Origin: a virus
Taxonomy: Duplodnaviria; Heunggongvirae; Uroviricota; Caudoviricetes
Length of the DNA: 64,000 bases
Reading direction: 5' to 3' (one strand)
IMG/VR virus record: IMGVR_UViG_3300042256_000013
Span: 256,001 to 320,000 of that record
Part shown: positions 1 through 9,798 of the stretch, one piece after another
Numbering within the stretch: the first letter of the stretch is position 1
How the letters are laid out: every line of letters begins with the position of its first letter
Notes under the pieces: generated by a model
What the model was told of the DNA's origin: nothing
The model's input: only the letters and a program-made list of their open reading frames with translations
The model's database searches: none
Made by a program: the position numbers and the translations under genes

Positions 1-1665
1 TCCATAACCAGTGGTATGCAATGGATTGGTACTTATGCTCCTATTTCTGATGATATTGATCCACCTGTCGATTCTGCATATACTAAACTTCCAGCACCAA
101 TTACGGATAATGCTGGTCAGTACTACATTGTACGCGGAATTTATGATTCTGCTGTAACACACTTTAGAGCAAATAACCCAACTACTGATACAGTAATATT
201 CACTCCAGCAAACCCAAGTTCTGCGGGTAACTGGATTCAAATAAAATATTATATTGATACAGATCCAACAAATGTTGCAAATAAAATAGTGGTTGCTGCT
301 TTTGCAAGAATAGTAACTGCAAGTATTCCAGGTACAGGCCATGAAGGATTAATGTCTCTTGCATCAAATGATGCTAATTTAACTGCTGCATTTACTGCTA
401 TTGTTGATAAAACTGCTGAACTTGGTATTACTGATGGTGACTGGATTATAAGTACTGGTACAACGAATGTTCGTCTTCGCCAAAATCGTGTAAGTGTAAG
501 TGCAGGTGCAGTATCATTTGATAGAACGTTTATGACCTCATCAAATAGACCTCTTACAAATAGTTCAGGTACAGTTCAAACTATCATTGATAGTCTCATT
601 GTGCAAGGATTACGCCGCACAGGAGACTCCATGTACAACGATGGAACTACTGGTGCAGGTAGATTAGGGTTAACGTATGGTACTGCTGGTGCTCCATCTA
701 TAGCGTTTAACAGCAATCCATTCGATGCTATTACTAATCCAGGTGTTAATCCTGCGTTATGGTCTGATACCAGTACTGGTATATTCCATCCAGCTAATGG
801 AAGCATTGGTTTATCTTCAAATGGTACTGAACGTTTACGTATTAGTCCTACACAAATGATATTATATCCAGTGACTACAAGTACTAATGCTGTACCAAAT
901 ATTTTATTCTCAGCTACTGGTAATACCGTATTAGGTATGAATGTAAAATCTAATACAATTGATTTTGTTAGCAATAGTGCAGTGAACGTTAGTTTAGCAC
1001 AAGGATTAAGCACATTCAATGGAAATGTGGTTGTTACTGGCAATACTACTTTAGGTGATGCTGGAACGGATACATTGACTGTAAATGCCGCAAGTACTTT
1101 TGCTGGAACAACACTATTCAATAATGCAACTAATAGATTTGCATTAGGTGCAGTTCTATCTAGTGCAGCTACTTTGTCATTTGAAGGTACGAGTACTGCT
1201 ACAATGGCTAAAACTGCCACGGAATTACGTTTCAATATGGGTTCTTTTGATGATGTGTCAATATATGATGGTACAACATTAAGGACTAAATTTAATCGTT
1301 ATGGTATTCAGTTGCCAGTTCTTAACCCAATTGATAATGCAGTTGGTGTGAATGGCATGATTGCTTATAGTACAGAAAGGAATGCAGTAATTCAAAAATC
1401 TAATGGAACTTGGACAACTGTTGGTTCTGGTGGAGGAATTGCAACATCATTTACTGTTGCAAATTGGGTTTTAAGTGGTTCTAATTATACATATACCATA
1501 TCTAATCCAAATATTCAAATGGTTTATGTTCAAGAACTGTCTGGTTCTAATTATACACATGTTGAAGTTGATTCAATAGTTATTTCTCCAACTAATGCTG
1601 TACTTTCAGTACCAGCTTCTCCAGATTTACGATTTGCAGGACGAGTTATAGTACAATATCAATAA
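1..1665 (+). CDS. Virion structural / tail-fibre-like protein, 5'-truncated by the window edge
   Basis: The frame is open from base 1 (TCC ATA ACC AGT GGT ATG), so the gene probably starts upstream. Rich in T/S/G/N with beta-strand character and fibre-type motifs (GTAGAPSIAF, STGIFHPANGSIGLSSNGTERLRI). Ends at a bidirectional terminator. Confidence 0.65.
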   Translation, partial: SITSGMQWIGTYAPISDDIDPPVDSAYTKLPAPITDNAGQYYIVRGIYDSAVTHFRANNPTTDTVIFTPANPSSAGNWIQIKYYIDTDPTNVANKIVVAAFARIVTASIPGTGHEGLMSLASNDANLTAAFTAIVDKTAELGITDGDWIISTGTTNVRLRQNRVSVSAGAVSFDRTFMTSSNRPLTNSSGTVQTIIDSLIVQGLRRTGDSMYNDGTTGAGRLGLTYGTAGAPSIAFNSNPFDAITNPGVNPALWSDTSTGIFHPANGSIGLSSNGTERLRISPTQMILYPVTTSTNAVPNILFSATGNTVLGMNVKSNTIDFVSNSAVNVSLAQGLSTFNGNVVVTGNTTLGDAGTDTLTVNAASTFAGTTLFNNATNRFALGAVLSSAATLSFEGTSTATMAKTATELRFNMGSFDDVSIYDGTTLRTKFNRYGIQLPVLNPIDNAVGVNGMIAYSTERNAVIQKSNGTWTTVGSGGGIATSFTVANWVLSGSNYTYTISNPNIQMVYVQELSGSNYTHVEVDSIVISPTNAVLSVPASPDLRFAGRVIVQYQ

Positions 1666-1666
1666 C

Positions 1667-1694
1667 AAAAAAGGGAGCCAATGGCTCCCTTTTT
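1667..1694. terminator. Bidirectional rho-independent terminator between convergent genes
   Basis: A6-GGGAGCCA-a-TGGCTCCC-T5 hairpin flanked by A and T tracts. Confidence 0.85.
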
Positions 1695-1697
1695 ATT

Positions 1698-1949
1698 TTA
1701 AATCAGATATGAGGTAATCCAATTAGAATGTTTAAGATATTTTTCATCTTTAGTATACAATTTTTGATTATAATTATTCAAAGAATCATCTTTATAATGT
1801 ACATATGCTATTGACGAATGTTCTAAACATGCATAAATGTCACGGATTAATTCATTTTCAGTACTATAGGTTTCTTTATCAACCATATAAGCAACTGAAG
1901 AAAAGCATGGATTATCATGCTTGAAATGTACAGTTACTGTAAAATTCAT
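1698..1949 (-). CDS. Hypothetical protein
   Basis: 83 aa ORF whose start overlaps the thyA stop. Confidence 0.6.
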   Translation of the reverse strand: MNFTVTVHFKHDNPCFSSVAYMVDKETYSTENELIRDIYACLEHSSIAYVHYKDDSLNNYNQKLYTKDEKYLKHSNWITSYLI

Positions 1950-2878
1950 TATACCGCCATTGGTGCTTTAATAGTTGCATCTGGATTATAATTTTCTAAT
2001 CTAAATGATTCCATAGAAAAATGTTCAATATTAGTAATACTCTTATCAATCCATAATGTAGGCATTTCACGTGGTTCACGTGCAAGTTGTTCTTGTACTG
2101 CATCAACATGGTTCTTATAGATATGAACATCTCCGCCCATCCACACAAACTCACCAACTTCTAGGCCACATACTTGTGCTAACATATGAGTTAGTAATGA
2201 ATAAGATGCGATATTGAATGGAACACCTAAGAATAGGTCACAACTACGTTGATATAGGATACAAGATAGTTTACCATCATTCACAAAGAATTGACTAAAA
2301 CAGTGACATGGAGGTAGTGCCATTTGATCAAGTTCACCTACGTTCCAAGCAGTCATAATATGACGGCGAGAATCAGGATTATTCTTTAATCCGTCAATTA
2401 GTACTTGAAGTTGATCAGTACTTCGACGCATAATAACACCACTAAATTGTGTAGCTTCAACTACAACATAGCCTTTTTCTTTCAAGACATTAATTTCATC
2501 AATATTTTGTGCAAATTGATAATCTACCCAATTACGCCATTGTTTCCCATACACTGGACCTAAATTGCCATCTGAATATCCTAGAGCGATACCTTGATTC
2601 AGGTAGTTGTCTGTCCAGATAGTTTTTTTAGATTCATCACGTGTACCGTATAATATTTCTGCAAGGCGGCGTTCATCATGTGAACCTTCAACGAACCAAA
2701 TAAGTTCAGAAGCCATTGCTTTCCAGGCTAGACGTTTAGTTGTTGGAGCAGGAAAATACTCAGAAAGGTCAAAACGCATTGTTTCACCCATGAGTTTAAT
2801 AGTACCTACACCAGTTCTGTCAGTACTTTCAGTACCAGATTCAAGAACTTTTTTGTATAGATCGTGTAATTGTTGCAT
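1949..2878 (-). CDS. thyA: Thymidylate synthase
   Basis: Motifs DRTGVGT, GPVYGKQWR, MALPPCH (catalytic Cys), YQRSCDLFLGVPFNIASY and the C-terminal KAPMAV. Confidence 0.97.
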   Translation of the reverse strand: MQQLHDLYKKVLESGTESTDRTGVGTIKLMGETMRFDLSEYFPAPTTKRLAWKAMASELIWFVEGSHDERRLAEILYGTRDESKKTIWTDNYLNQGIALGYSDGNLGPVYGKQWRNWVDYQFAQNIDEINVLKEKGYVVVEATQFSGVIMRRSTDQLQVLIDGLKNNPDSRRHIMTAWNVGELDQMALPPCHCFSQFFVNDGKLSCILYQRSCDLFLGVPFNIASYSLLTHMLAQVCGLEVGEFVWMGGDVHIYKNHVDAVQEQLAREPREMPTLWIDKSITNIEHFSMESFRLENYNPDATIKAPMAV

Positions 2879-3209
2879 TCTCTTTCCTTAGAGCATAATT
2901 TTCTTCTTTTAGATGTTTAATAGTACTTTGAAAGTTTTGAATTAGTTGTTCAATATTACTTTGCAATTCACTAATTTGAGTATCAGCTTTATCTTGTTCT
3001 TCTTCTATAGTATTTTGTATTTCCCGCTTTATTTCTATTTCATGTTCAGATAATAAATTTTCAATATGGTCTGAATGTGCTTTTTCCAAATCGTCGATAA
3101 TCTTGTCGTACATATCTTTAGTACTTTCAGAACCAGATTCAACGCCTTCTTCATATCCAATATCATATCCAATATCATATTGATCCGGTATTTCTACTAT
3201 ATTTGTCAT
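2841..3209 (-). CDS. Acidic coiled-coil hypothetical protein
   Basis: 122 aa ORF with an N-terminal YDIG-YDIG-YEEG repeat and heptad-like C-terminus. Confidence 0.65.
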   Translation of the reverse strand: MTNIVEIPDQYDIGYDIGYEEGVESGSESTKDMYDKIIDDLEKAHSDHIENLLSEHEIEIKREIQNTIEEEQDKADTQISELQSNIEQLIQNFQSTIKHLKEENYALRKENATITRSIQKSS

Positions 3210-3796
3210 TAGATAAATTTCGCTTCAAATGCTCTCAAGTCTTCTTCAGTAGCACGTCTTGTGCCAATACCTGTCCATCTACCATGAGGTGCAGGAACTG
3301 ATTCAACTTGAATGAATTGTTTTGTTTCGTTACAGTACTTATATACTAACTTATCCATAATATCGAAATGATAGATTTCTTTTTCTTCTGATGGTAAGTC
3401 TAAGTACATTTGTACAGCCCATGCAGTTCCACCGTCTAATTGAGTAGGTGATACTAATTGACCAATGGTATATACACGTTCAGTACAGTAAATTTGATAG
3501 CTATTACGAGCTAATAGGTTGTAAACATATCCCCAACGCGGAACACTACGCCCTAAAGCTTTATTTGCTTGTTTGAGTTGTGAACCTACTTCATCAGAAG
3601 TAAGCATTTCAAATGGGAGTTCAAGTACTGTTTCAGGTTTTACATGTGCTTTATGACCTTTAAATGAAAAATGGACTTCATCATGTCCATTTTCCTCAGC
3701 CCACAAACCAAAAAGGCGGTCTGCACCCGCAGCACCGCCACTAAAACATACATTTTCGAACTCTAACAACATCTCTTGGAGATCATTGCGAGTCAT
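3209..3796 (-). CDS. SLOG-superfamily (DprA/YspA-like) nucleotide-binding protein
   Basis: SGGAAGAD glycine loop, RN and GGTAWAV motifs typical of SLOG proteins. Confidence 0.65.
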   Translation of the reverse strand: MTRNDLQEMLLEFENVCFSGGAAGADRLFGLWAEENGHDEVHFSFKGHKAHVKPETVLELPFEMLTSDEVGSQLKQANKALGRSVPRWGYVYNLLARNSYQIYCTERVYTIGQLVSPTQLDGGTAWAVQMYLDLPSEEKEIYHFDIMDKLVYKYCNETKQFIQVESVPAPHGRWTGIGTRRATEEDLRAFEAKFI

Positions 3797-4091
3797 CTTC
3801 TTTATCTTCCAGTTTAGATAATAATTCTTTTATACTATCGTCTTCTAAAGAGAAACTTGTTTCCAGAGCCGCTAGAATAACGGCTGCTGATTTAATAAGA
3901 GATTGACGGAATTCGTCAAACGAAACATGTTTATCAGGTCTAGAAGCACTTTCAAATAAGTAGTACCCAGCTAAACCTGTCCAATCATTCTTCGTTTTAA
4001 GATGATCTGCTAAAGTATTTGGGTTGCTCATTTGTTTCAAGCGTTCTTCAATTATTAACTGAAGAATTTCTTCCCTACTAACTTTTGACAT
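3783..4091 (-). CDS. Possible MazG-like all-helical NTP pyrophosphatase
   Basis: EERLKQ ... DW ... FRQSLIKSAAVILAALE pattern resembles small phage MazG-like proteins. Confidence 0.4.
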   Translation of the reverse strand: MSKVSREEILQLIIEERLKQMSNPNTLADHLKTKNDWTGLAGYYLFESASRPDKHVSFDEFRQSLIKSAAVILAALETSFSLEDDSIKELLSKLEDKEDDSQ

Positions 4092-4768
4092 TATTCACCT
4101 TTACGTTCTTTCAATGCTTTTTTGACAAGTTCTACTGCTTTAGCTTGAGAAATACCTTCTGGTAGTTCAAGATACAAAGTAGTTTTAACTTCTTCGTCTT
4201 CAACTGCTGTATCAGATGGTAGTACAATTGCTTGTGCTTGTGGACGTAGACTTGGATCTAAGTTATAAGCACGTTCGCGATTTTCACGAGCTAGAGTTTC
4301 ATACTTAACTGCTTCTTCAAGCAGACGAGAAACAATAGTACCTTGTTCTGGATATTGAACAGTGCTTTCTTGTTGTTCGTAAGGATTGAATGCTTTAACA
4401 GTACCGTCTTGTACAACTGCACTTTGGTTAATTTCTTCATTCAGTACGTTTAGAGGAATCTTATTAGTTCCACCAACATGCATATCAATATCTAGGGTAT
4501 TTTGTTTACGGATATATCCCATACGGTGAAGTACGGAAAGCATGTTCCCACCTTCTAGGGTTCCGATTTTGTCCATTACATCCCATAGTTCAATAGAACT
4601 TTGACCACGACCGAGAACAAGCTCAGCAACACGGTTAGAATAAACTTCAGGGAGAGAGTCACGATAGACTACTAGGCAATGGGTTGGGTCATTTTCTAAT
4701 TGACGCCATACTACGAAAACACGAGAACCAGTACTACGAACTACACCACAATGACGTACAATACTCAT
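4091..4768 (-). CDS. Hypothetical protein
   Basis: Start moved to the ATG at 4768 (MSIVRH...), which has a GGAG RBS, rather than 4810. Confidence 0.7.
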   Translation of the reverse strand: MSIVRHCGVVRSTGSRVFVVWRQLENDPTHCLVVYRDSLPEVYSNRVAELVLGRGQSSIELWDVMDKIGTLEGGNMLSVLHRMGYIRKQNTLDIDMHVGGTNKIPLNVLNEEINQSAVVQDGTVKAFNPYEQQESTVQYPEQGTIVSRLLEEAVKYETLARENRERAYNLDPSLRPQAQAIVLPSDTAVEDEEVKTTLYLELPEGISQAKAVELVKKALKERKGE

Positions 4769-4769
4769 A

Positions 4770-5003
4770 TTATTCTCCTTCTTTCGCAGAAGCATCTTGC
4801 TCAGCAGCACGAGCTTCTTGATCTGCTAGAATAGCAGCAGAGAAATCCTGGAAACGGGATACGATAGGTGCAACATCAGCAAGTTCTTTAACATTAAAGA
4901 TCCCACGCTCAATTGCTGCTTCCATGATTTTTGTAGCATTGATAATATCAATGAATTCTAGTTGTGGTCCAACTACGGTTTCGTCTTGAATTTGATTGCT
5001 CAT
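4770..5003 (-). CDS. Hypothetical protein
   Basis: ATG at 5003 (MSNQIQ...) preceded by GGAG and by the promoter at 5037-5065. Confidence 0.7.
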   Translation of the reverse strand: MSNQIQDETVVGPQLEFIDIINATKIMEAAIERGIFNVKELADVAPIVSRFQDFSAAILADQEARAAEQDASAKEGE

Positions 5004-5036
5004 TATATACACTCCATGTATTTTTGAATTATCTAT

Positions 5037-5065
5037 ATTATACCACAAAATTGCGGTACGTTTCA
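5037..5065 (-). promoter_or_regulatory. Phage promoter class TGAAAC-N17-TATAAT (copy 1)
   Basis: Minus strand reads TGAAAC gtaccgcaattt TGTGG TATAAT. The same architecture occurs at 7990, 24500, 31767 and 41399. Confidence 0.8.
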
Positions 5066-5107
5066 AATATTTGTAAGGTCGCCATCCTGACGACCTTCTA
5101 TTTAGTA

Positions 5108-6487
5108 TTACGCCACTTGTTGTTCAAGTTCGTAATGAACTGTCACACCAAATGGAGCTTCTACTTTAGGGTTTGAATGAATTACAAACATTGTATCACA
5201 ATAATTTGGATCACCCCATGAACCCCACGGTTCACCATCCGTAAACATTACTAATTGTTTTGGACAGTAATCATCTTCTTTCATGAAATCCCATACTTTA
5301 GTAAACAAAGTACCGCCACCACCACGAACAGGATACTGAAGAATTTGCTGTTCTTGTCCAGTGGTATAATCATGTACTTCATAAATTTCAGTGTCAAATG
5401 TGAGAACACGAATTTTGAATTGTGAGAATTGTTTGGTCATACCATAAACTTCTGATAAGAAGTCTTGTAGCCATTCTGCACGAATACTACCAGATGCATC
5501 TAATGCAATGCAAATATCAATATCCTCATCAGGTTTCATTCCTGGATAGATAGGCATACCATATCCAATTCCATTAGACCATGAACGTCTGTTCGGCATC
5601 ATGTATGTTACATCATTTTTAATCAAAGAACGTAAAGTACGGTTCAATTTAGAACGCCAGTCAATCTTAGGTTCTTTGAATTCCTGAACCATAGCACGAA
5701 TTTCTGGAGGTGCACCATGTGCTGCCATAGCTGCGTTAATCATTGCATCTTTAAATGCATCCATGAATCCTTCGAGTTCTTCTGGTGAAAAACTTGGAAA
5801 TTCATCATTTTCATCATTTTCACCATCACCATCACTATCATCACCAGATGATGGATCTCCTTGTTGTGGAATATCATGTTGGTCTAATGTTCCACCACCA
5901 GTACCTCGTCCACCGCCGCCAGATTCTTCTTGTTCCTTACGATCCATAAGAATGTTGTAAATTTCTTCAGCAGGCATCTTATCAAATTCAGGAGAGAATA
6001 ACCAAGATTTACGAATTTCACCAAGTGCTTTATCTCGTTCAATAATTTGGTTAATTGCATAATCAGCAGCTTTATTCCACATCTTAGCATCTCGTGTACC
6101 TTTACGCAAGAAGTGATTATAAGCACAATGAAGAATTTCATGACATACTGCTGCGATTAAATTTTGTTGAGTTAATCCATTCAGAGCATCATTAATTTGT
6201 TCAGTAGTGAGATCATCAATACTATCACGAAGCCTGTCTTCGTATTCTTGACGGCGAGTTGGGTCTTCGATACCCATAATAAACTCTACATTGTAGTAAA
6301 GATGCTTACCATCTACTGCCAATGTACGGCACCAAGTATTATTAGCAATTGGTTCTAATTGAGCAGCCAGTACCCCAAAGAATGGACATGCCATAATCAT
6401 AGTTGTACGTGCTATAATAAGTTTTTCAAAGCATTCTTTTGCTAATGTTTCAGATACTTCATATCTAGTGTATTTTTTTGTTGTCAT
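5108..6487 (-). CDS. Metallopeptidase-like (HExxH) plus VWA domain protein, MoxR partner
   Basis: TLAVDG, HEILH zinc motif, WNKAADYAIN, acidic linker, VWA MIDAS DASGS, GGGT and TDG. Adjacent to an AAA+ ATPase. Start set at MTTKK (GAGG RBS). Confidence 0.85.
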   Translation of the reverse strand: MTTKKYTRYEVSETLAKECFEKLIIARTTMIMACPFFGVLAAQLEPIANNTWCRTLAVDGKHLYYNVEFIMGIEDPTRRQEYEDRLRDSIDDLTTEQINDALNGLTQQNLIAAVCHEILHCAYNHFLRKGTRDAKMWNKAADYAINQIIERDKALGEIRKSWLFSPEFDKMPAEEIYNILMDRKEQEESGGGGRGTGGGTLDQHDIPQQGDPSSGDDSDGDGENDENDEFPSFSPEELEGFMDAFKDAMINAAMAAHGAPPEIRAMVQEFKEPKIDWRSKLNRTLRSLIKNDVTYMMPNRRSWSNGIGYGMPIYPGMKPDEDIDICIALDASGSIRAEWLQDFLSEVYGMTKQFSQFKIRVLTFDTEIYEVHDYTTGQEQQILQYPVRGGGGTLFTKVWDFMKEDDYCPKQLVMFTDGEPWGSWGDPNYCDTMFVIHSNPKVEAPFGVTVHYELEQQVA

Positions 6488-6503
6488 AAAATCCTCAAAT
6501 AAC

Positions 6504-6525
6504 AAAAGGGGCATAAGCCCCTTTT
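6504..6525 (-). terminator. Rho-independent terminator
   Basis: AAAAGGGGC-ATAA-GCCCCTTTT hairpin. Confidence 0.7.
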
Positions 6526-6532
6526 ATGTTTA

Positions 6533-7870
6533 TTACTTCATTGTACGTGCTTTACGCAGTAGTGGACCATATTCTGTTACAAATGGTTTGAATGCTGGCA
6601 CTTCTTTGTAGGTAATATTTACATCCGCATCCGTAATAGCACGAATAGCATGTACAATAAGTTCCTTTTGAGTATCAGAGAATTGAGAATCAAGGAAATG
6701 AACAAAACTGGTGCAGTACAAGCACCAAGTTTCTAATGGCAATGTACCATTTTGTTTATGTTCAAAGAACTCAATAATTTTCTGAGTCAGGCTAAGTGTA
6801 ATGAAGTAGTTTTTAGAAATTTCTTTCTTATGATCACCAAAATCAGTTACAATACCATTCAGAATATCCATTACATCTGGTAAATCTGCCATGTTTTTGA
6901 TATAAGTTACATATTCAATACCCGCAGTACTACCAACACGCCCTGCAACCATTGCTTTATATACAGGTTCAGAAATATTTTTACTATCACGAACATTCTG
7001 AATATCAGATACGCGAGTCCATGAACGAGGGGATGAACCACCACTATGACTAGTATCTTTAGGACTTAGGGTATTAAAGTGTTTTGTACCAGTTTGGTGA
7101 ATAAATGCGATAGTACCTGGATTTAAACGTGATGGAATTGCAAAGTTGTTAAGCCAGTCAACGTAATCTGCAATCATTTCTACGTGAGTCATACGGTCAC
7201 GCAGTGGAGTTGCTAGTGAGAAGGTTACACCACCATCAGTTTCACGGTTCCCTGCTGCCAAAATCAGGCATTGTTGAGGAAGAATAAGTTCACCAACGCG
7301 ACGATCAAGAATTAACTGATAAGAAGCAGCCTGAACAATTGGCATTGCGGAGTTAATTTCGTCAAAAATGATTACACCTTGCCAATCACGAGGAAGTTGT
7401 AACATTTTAGGAGCAGCCCAAACAACACCAGTTTCTTCAGTATATCCTGGATTATCAGCAAGTTCATGTTCAAGAATTACTTTTCCAGTACGACTCAAGA
7501 AGTACTTGACAGGAATTGGAATACCACGAAGATCAGAAGGTTCAACTTGAGAAAGACGGAAGTCAATAAAGTTCTCATCCTGATCAAGCAATGAATCGTT
7601 AAATGCATTGTAATCAGCCATTGTTACCATTTCATCATCTGGATCTTCAGCACGTTGTAGCATATATGCTAAACGGTTAACGTTATTTTTCCTTAGAGGA
7701 TAGTTTTCATTTGCATATTGCAAAGCAATTGCAGATTTACCAATACCAGGGGAACCCCAAATCATCAAACTATCTCGGCATAAATCTGCCACCATCATAG
7801 CTTCCATAATTTGAGAAGGTTTTAAATCATAGTTTAGAACATTGTTTTCTTTTGCGACTGCGTTACTCAT
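6533..7870 (-). CDS. MoxR-like AAA+ ATPase
   Basis: Walker A GSPGIGKS, DLRGIP, Walker B IIFDEIN, AAGN sensor, LRDRM and SPRSW. Confidence 0.9.
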   Translation of the reverse strand: MSNAVAKENNVLNYDLKPSQIMEAMMVADLCRDSLMIWGSPGIGKSAIALQYANENYPLRKNNVNRLAYMLQRAEDPDDEMVTMADYNAFNDSLLDQDENFIDFRLSQVEPSDLRGIPIPVKYFLSRTGKVILEHELADNPGYTEETGVVWAAPKMLQLPRDWQGVIIFDEINSAMPIVQAASYQLILDRRVGELILPQQCLILAAGNRETDGGVTFSLATPLRDRMTHVEMIADYVDWLNNFAIPSRLNPGTIAFIHQTGTKHFNTLSPKDTSHSGGSSPRSWTRVSDIQNVRDSKNISEPVYKAMVAGRVGSTAGIEYVTYIKNMADLPDVMDILNGIVTDFGDHKKEISKNYFITLSLTQKIIEFFEHKQNGTLPLETWCLYCTSFVHFLDSQFSDTQKELIVHAIRAITDADVNITYKEVPAFKPFVTEYGPLLRKARTMK

Positions 7871-7926
7871 ATTCGTTTTCTTCTACCAGTTTGTTATGTT
7901 GTAATACTTAACCAATTCCGTTTGGC

Positions 7927-7961
7927 AAAAAAGAAAGCACTGATTTGCGTCAGTGCTTTTT
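7927..7961. terminator. Rho-independent terminator-like hairpin
   Basis: AAAGCACTGA-TTTGCG-TCAGTGCTTT with flanking A and T runs. Confidence 0.65.
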
Positions 7962-7989
7962 AGCTTCCATTGTTTTTCTTAACAATTCC

Positions 7990-8018
7990 ATTATACCACA
8001 AATTTACTTTCCGTTTCA
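7990..8018 (-). promoter_or_regulatory. Phage promoter class TGAAAC-N17-TATAAT (copy 2)
   Basis: Minus strand reads TGAAAC ggaaagtaaatt TGTGG TATAAT, upstream of the MoxR ATPase. Confidence 0.75.
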
Positions 8019-8390
8019 CAAAAATGCGGCAAACAACTTAGAAAAATCATCTCTACAAAATGTGAGTTGTGCGATCACTAAGTCGTCTGATAAGTACAAA
8101 GTATCTCCTACTATATAGTATGGAGTGGTGCAAATACGGTCTAAAGATGTGTAAACGTTCGAATTACGATCCTGCTTCTTAAGCGGAATAGCTAGGAACT
8201 CATATAAGGAATTGTCTTCGCATATTTGAAATCCTAATTTACTCAACCGCAAGCCACCACCAGTTCTGTAATTATCAAAAATGGATAATAGTATCATTCT
8301 ATCATTAAGTTCAGAATCAAATTCATAAACTTCTTTAATAGAATGTAATATACCATATTGAATTTCAGTACTGTTGGTTCTTGGGACCAT
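8016..8390 (-). CDS. Hypothetical protein
   Basis: 124 aa ORF in tight operon spacing. Confidence 0.7.
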   Translation of the reverse strand: MVPRTNSTEIQYGILHSIKEVYEFDSELNDRMILLSIFDNYRTGGGLRLSKLGFQICEDNSLYEFLAIPLKKQDRNSNVYTSLDRICTTPYYIVGDTLYLSDDLVIAQLTFCRDDFSKLFAAFL

Positions 8391-8392
8391 AA

Positions 8393-8809
8393 TTAGATTC
8401 CCACAAAACCTTTCTTCTCAGGATATGAAGAACCTTGTGGGTTTTCATAATTCTGAGTTCCGTTGTCATCAAAAGATGGTCCCATACCTTCAGCACCATA
8501 ATCTTCTTCAATTTCTTCTTCAGGTTCTTCTGAATACTCAGAATCCCCTTCGTCGCCCATATCAAAATCATCAGCACCCGGAGAAACGAGTTCTTTTAAA
8601 GATTCAGAAATATTTTTTAAATCAGATGTGAGTGAAGATAAATCTTCGATAGAACCATCAGCAACTTTACCAGATAGTTCACGTAGGGAGCCTACAATAT
8701 CTTTTAATAGTTCTGGTGCAGATAGTTCAGTTTCTTCTTGTTCAAACGATTCATCGTCTGCTTCATAAATGTCATCAATAGATTCCATTAAAATTTTCAT
8801 GCTACTCAT
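8393..8809 (-). CDS. Acidic putative internal head/prohead protein
   Basis: Very acidic, with ILMES and IYEA motifs resembling (I/L)xE prohead-protease cleavage sites. Lies in the structural block. Confidence 0.5.
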   Translation of the reverse strand: MSSMKILMESIDDIYEADDESFEQEETELSAPELLKDIVGSLRELSGKVADGSIEDLSSLTSDLKNISESLKELVSPGADDFDMGDEGDSEYSEEPEEEIEEDYGAEGMGPSFDDNGTQNYENPQGSSYPEKKGFVGI

Positions 8810-9777
8810 TATAGACCTTCCATAAATTTTTTGTACTTGTTATTAATTGATTCGAAAATGTCCTCAACGGATTCATCATCTTCTTCTTCACTTTCATGTA
8901 CAAATGGATTGTCACCTAATGCAGTACCAGGTTGCTTACCTTTATAAGCATGTCGAGAATGTTGAATGCCATCGTCATCATAGAATTCAGGTTGTGGTTC
9001 AGTAGTTGCATCTTCTTGCATAGTTCTACGCCAGTAGAAAGCATTACCTTTAGGAACAACGATAAAGTTGTCACCTTCAAACCCATTAGTTTGACGTTGA
9101 CCATCGACTACACATTCATGTTCTGAACGGAATGGACCAAATTCTTTTTGAGAATCGGTTGCAATAGAATCTTCATCAAGAGATAAATCAGGAAGGAGAC
9201 TTTCAGAAACAGATTCGTCGGCATCTTCTTCAGCATCATCGCTGCTATCTGCGTCAACATCATCTGATTCATCGTCATCAACACTTTCGTGAATTCCAGC
9301 TAAGGACGACATACGACCCATATCAAAATCGTCATCACCAGTATATTCATCACCCATATCAGGAGAATCAAGACCGGGTTCTTCCATACCTAAACCGGGT
9401 TCTTCTGGTGAATCCAATCCACCCATAGAGCTTACACTATCATCCCCTGGGCTGTCAAGCGGTTCGTCACCAAAATCAGTCACGGAGCCAGCCAAATCGT
9501 TTACTGCTGAGCCTAACGCATCTTCACCAGCACCAGACATATCATCAGCACTTGGAGCCATATCAGGACTCATAATAGGTTGAGTTTCTGTATCACCACC
9601 CATACTATCTAAATCTAGTGGTGCAATAGAAGGAATTGAAGTCATTCCACCTAATTGAGAGGAACCACGTTCTGCTTGCCCTGCAAGAGCAAGCATACGA
9701 GATAGTGTATCAAGGTCACTAGATTCTAAACCTTGTACATCTATGCGAACAGATGCCTCATTAATTTGTTTTTTCAT
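8809..9777 (-). CDS. Acidic, largely disordered putative prohead core/scaffold protein
   Basis: Low-complexity D/E/S/G sequence, INEA/IHES/IFES motifs, repeated RMxxLAG motif. Confidence 0.5.
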   Translation of the reverse strand: MKKQINEASVRIDVQGLESSDLDTLSRMLALAGQAERGSSQLGGMTSIPSIAPLDLDSMGGDTETQPIMSPDMAPSADDMSGAGEDALGSAVNDLAGSVTDFGDEPLDSPGDDSVSSMGGLDSPEEPGLGMEEPGLDSPDMGDEYTGDDDFDMGRMSSLAGIHESVDDDESDDVDADSSDDAEEDADESVSESLLPDLSLDEDSIATDSQKEFGPFRSEHECVVDGQRQTNGFEGDNFIVVPKGNAFYWRRTMQEDATTEPQPEFYDDDGIQHSRHAYKGKQPGTALGDNPFVHESEEEDDESVEDIFESINNKYKKFMEGL

Positions 9778-9798
9778 AAGAACTAATTCCTTTTATAA

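Noticed and set aside
576-1235. 219 aa minus-strand ORF, and similar antisense or alternate-frame ORFs (e.g. 24982-25395, 31026-31526, 32799-33185, 48813-49202)
   Set aside because: They are shadows of well-supported genes on the other strand or frame, with no RBS or motifs.
3151-3180. 12-bp tandem repeat (TCATATCCAATA), and the short repeat near 9372-9405
   Set aside because: In-frame coding repeats (YDIG; EEPGL), not CRISPR or regulatory arrays.
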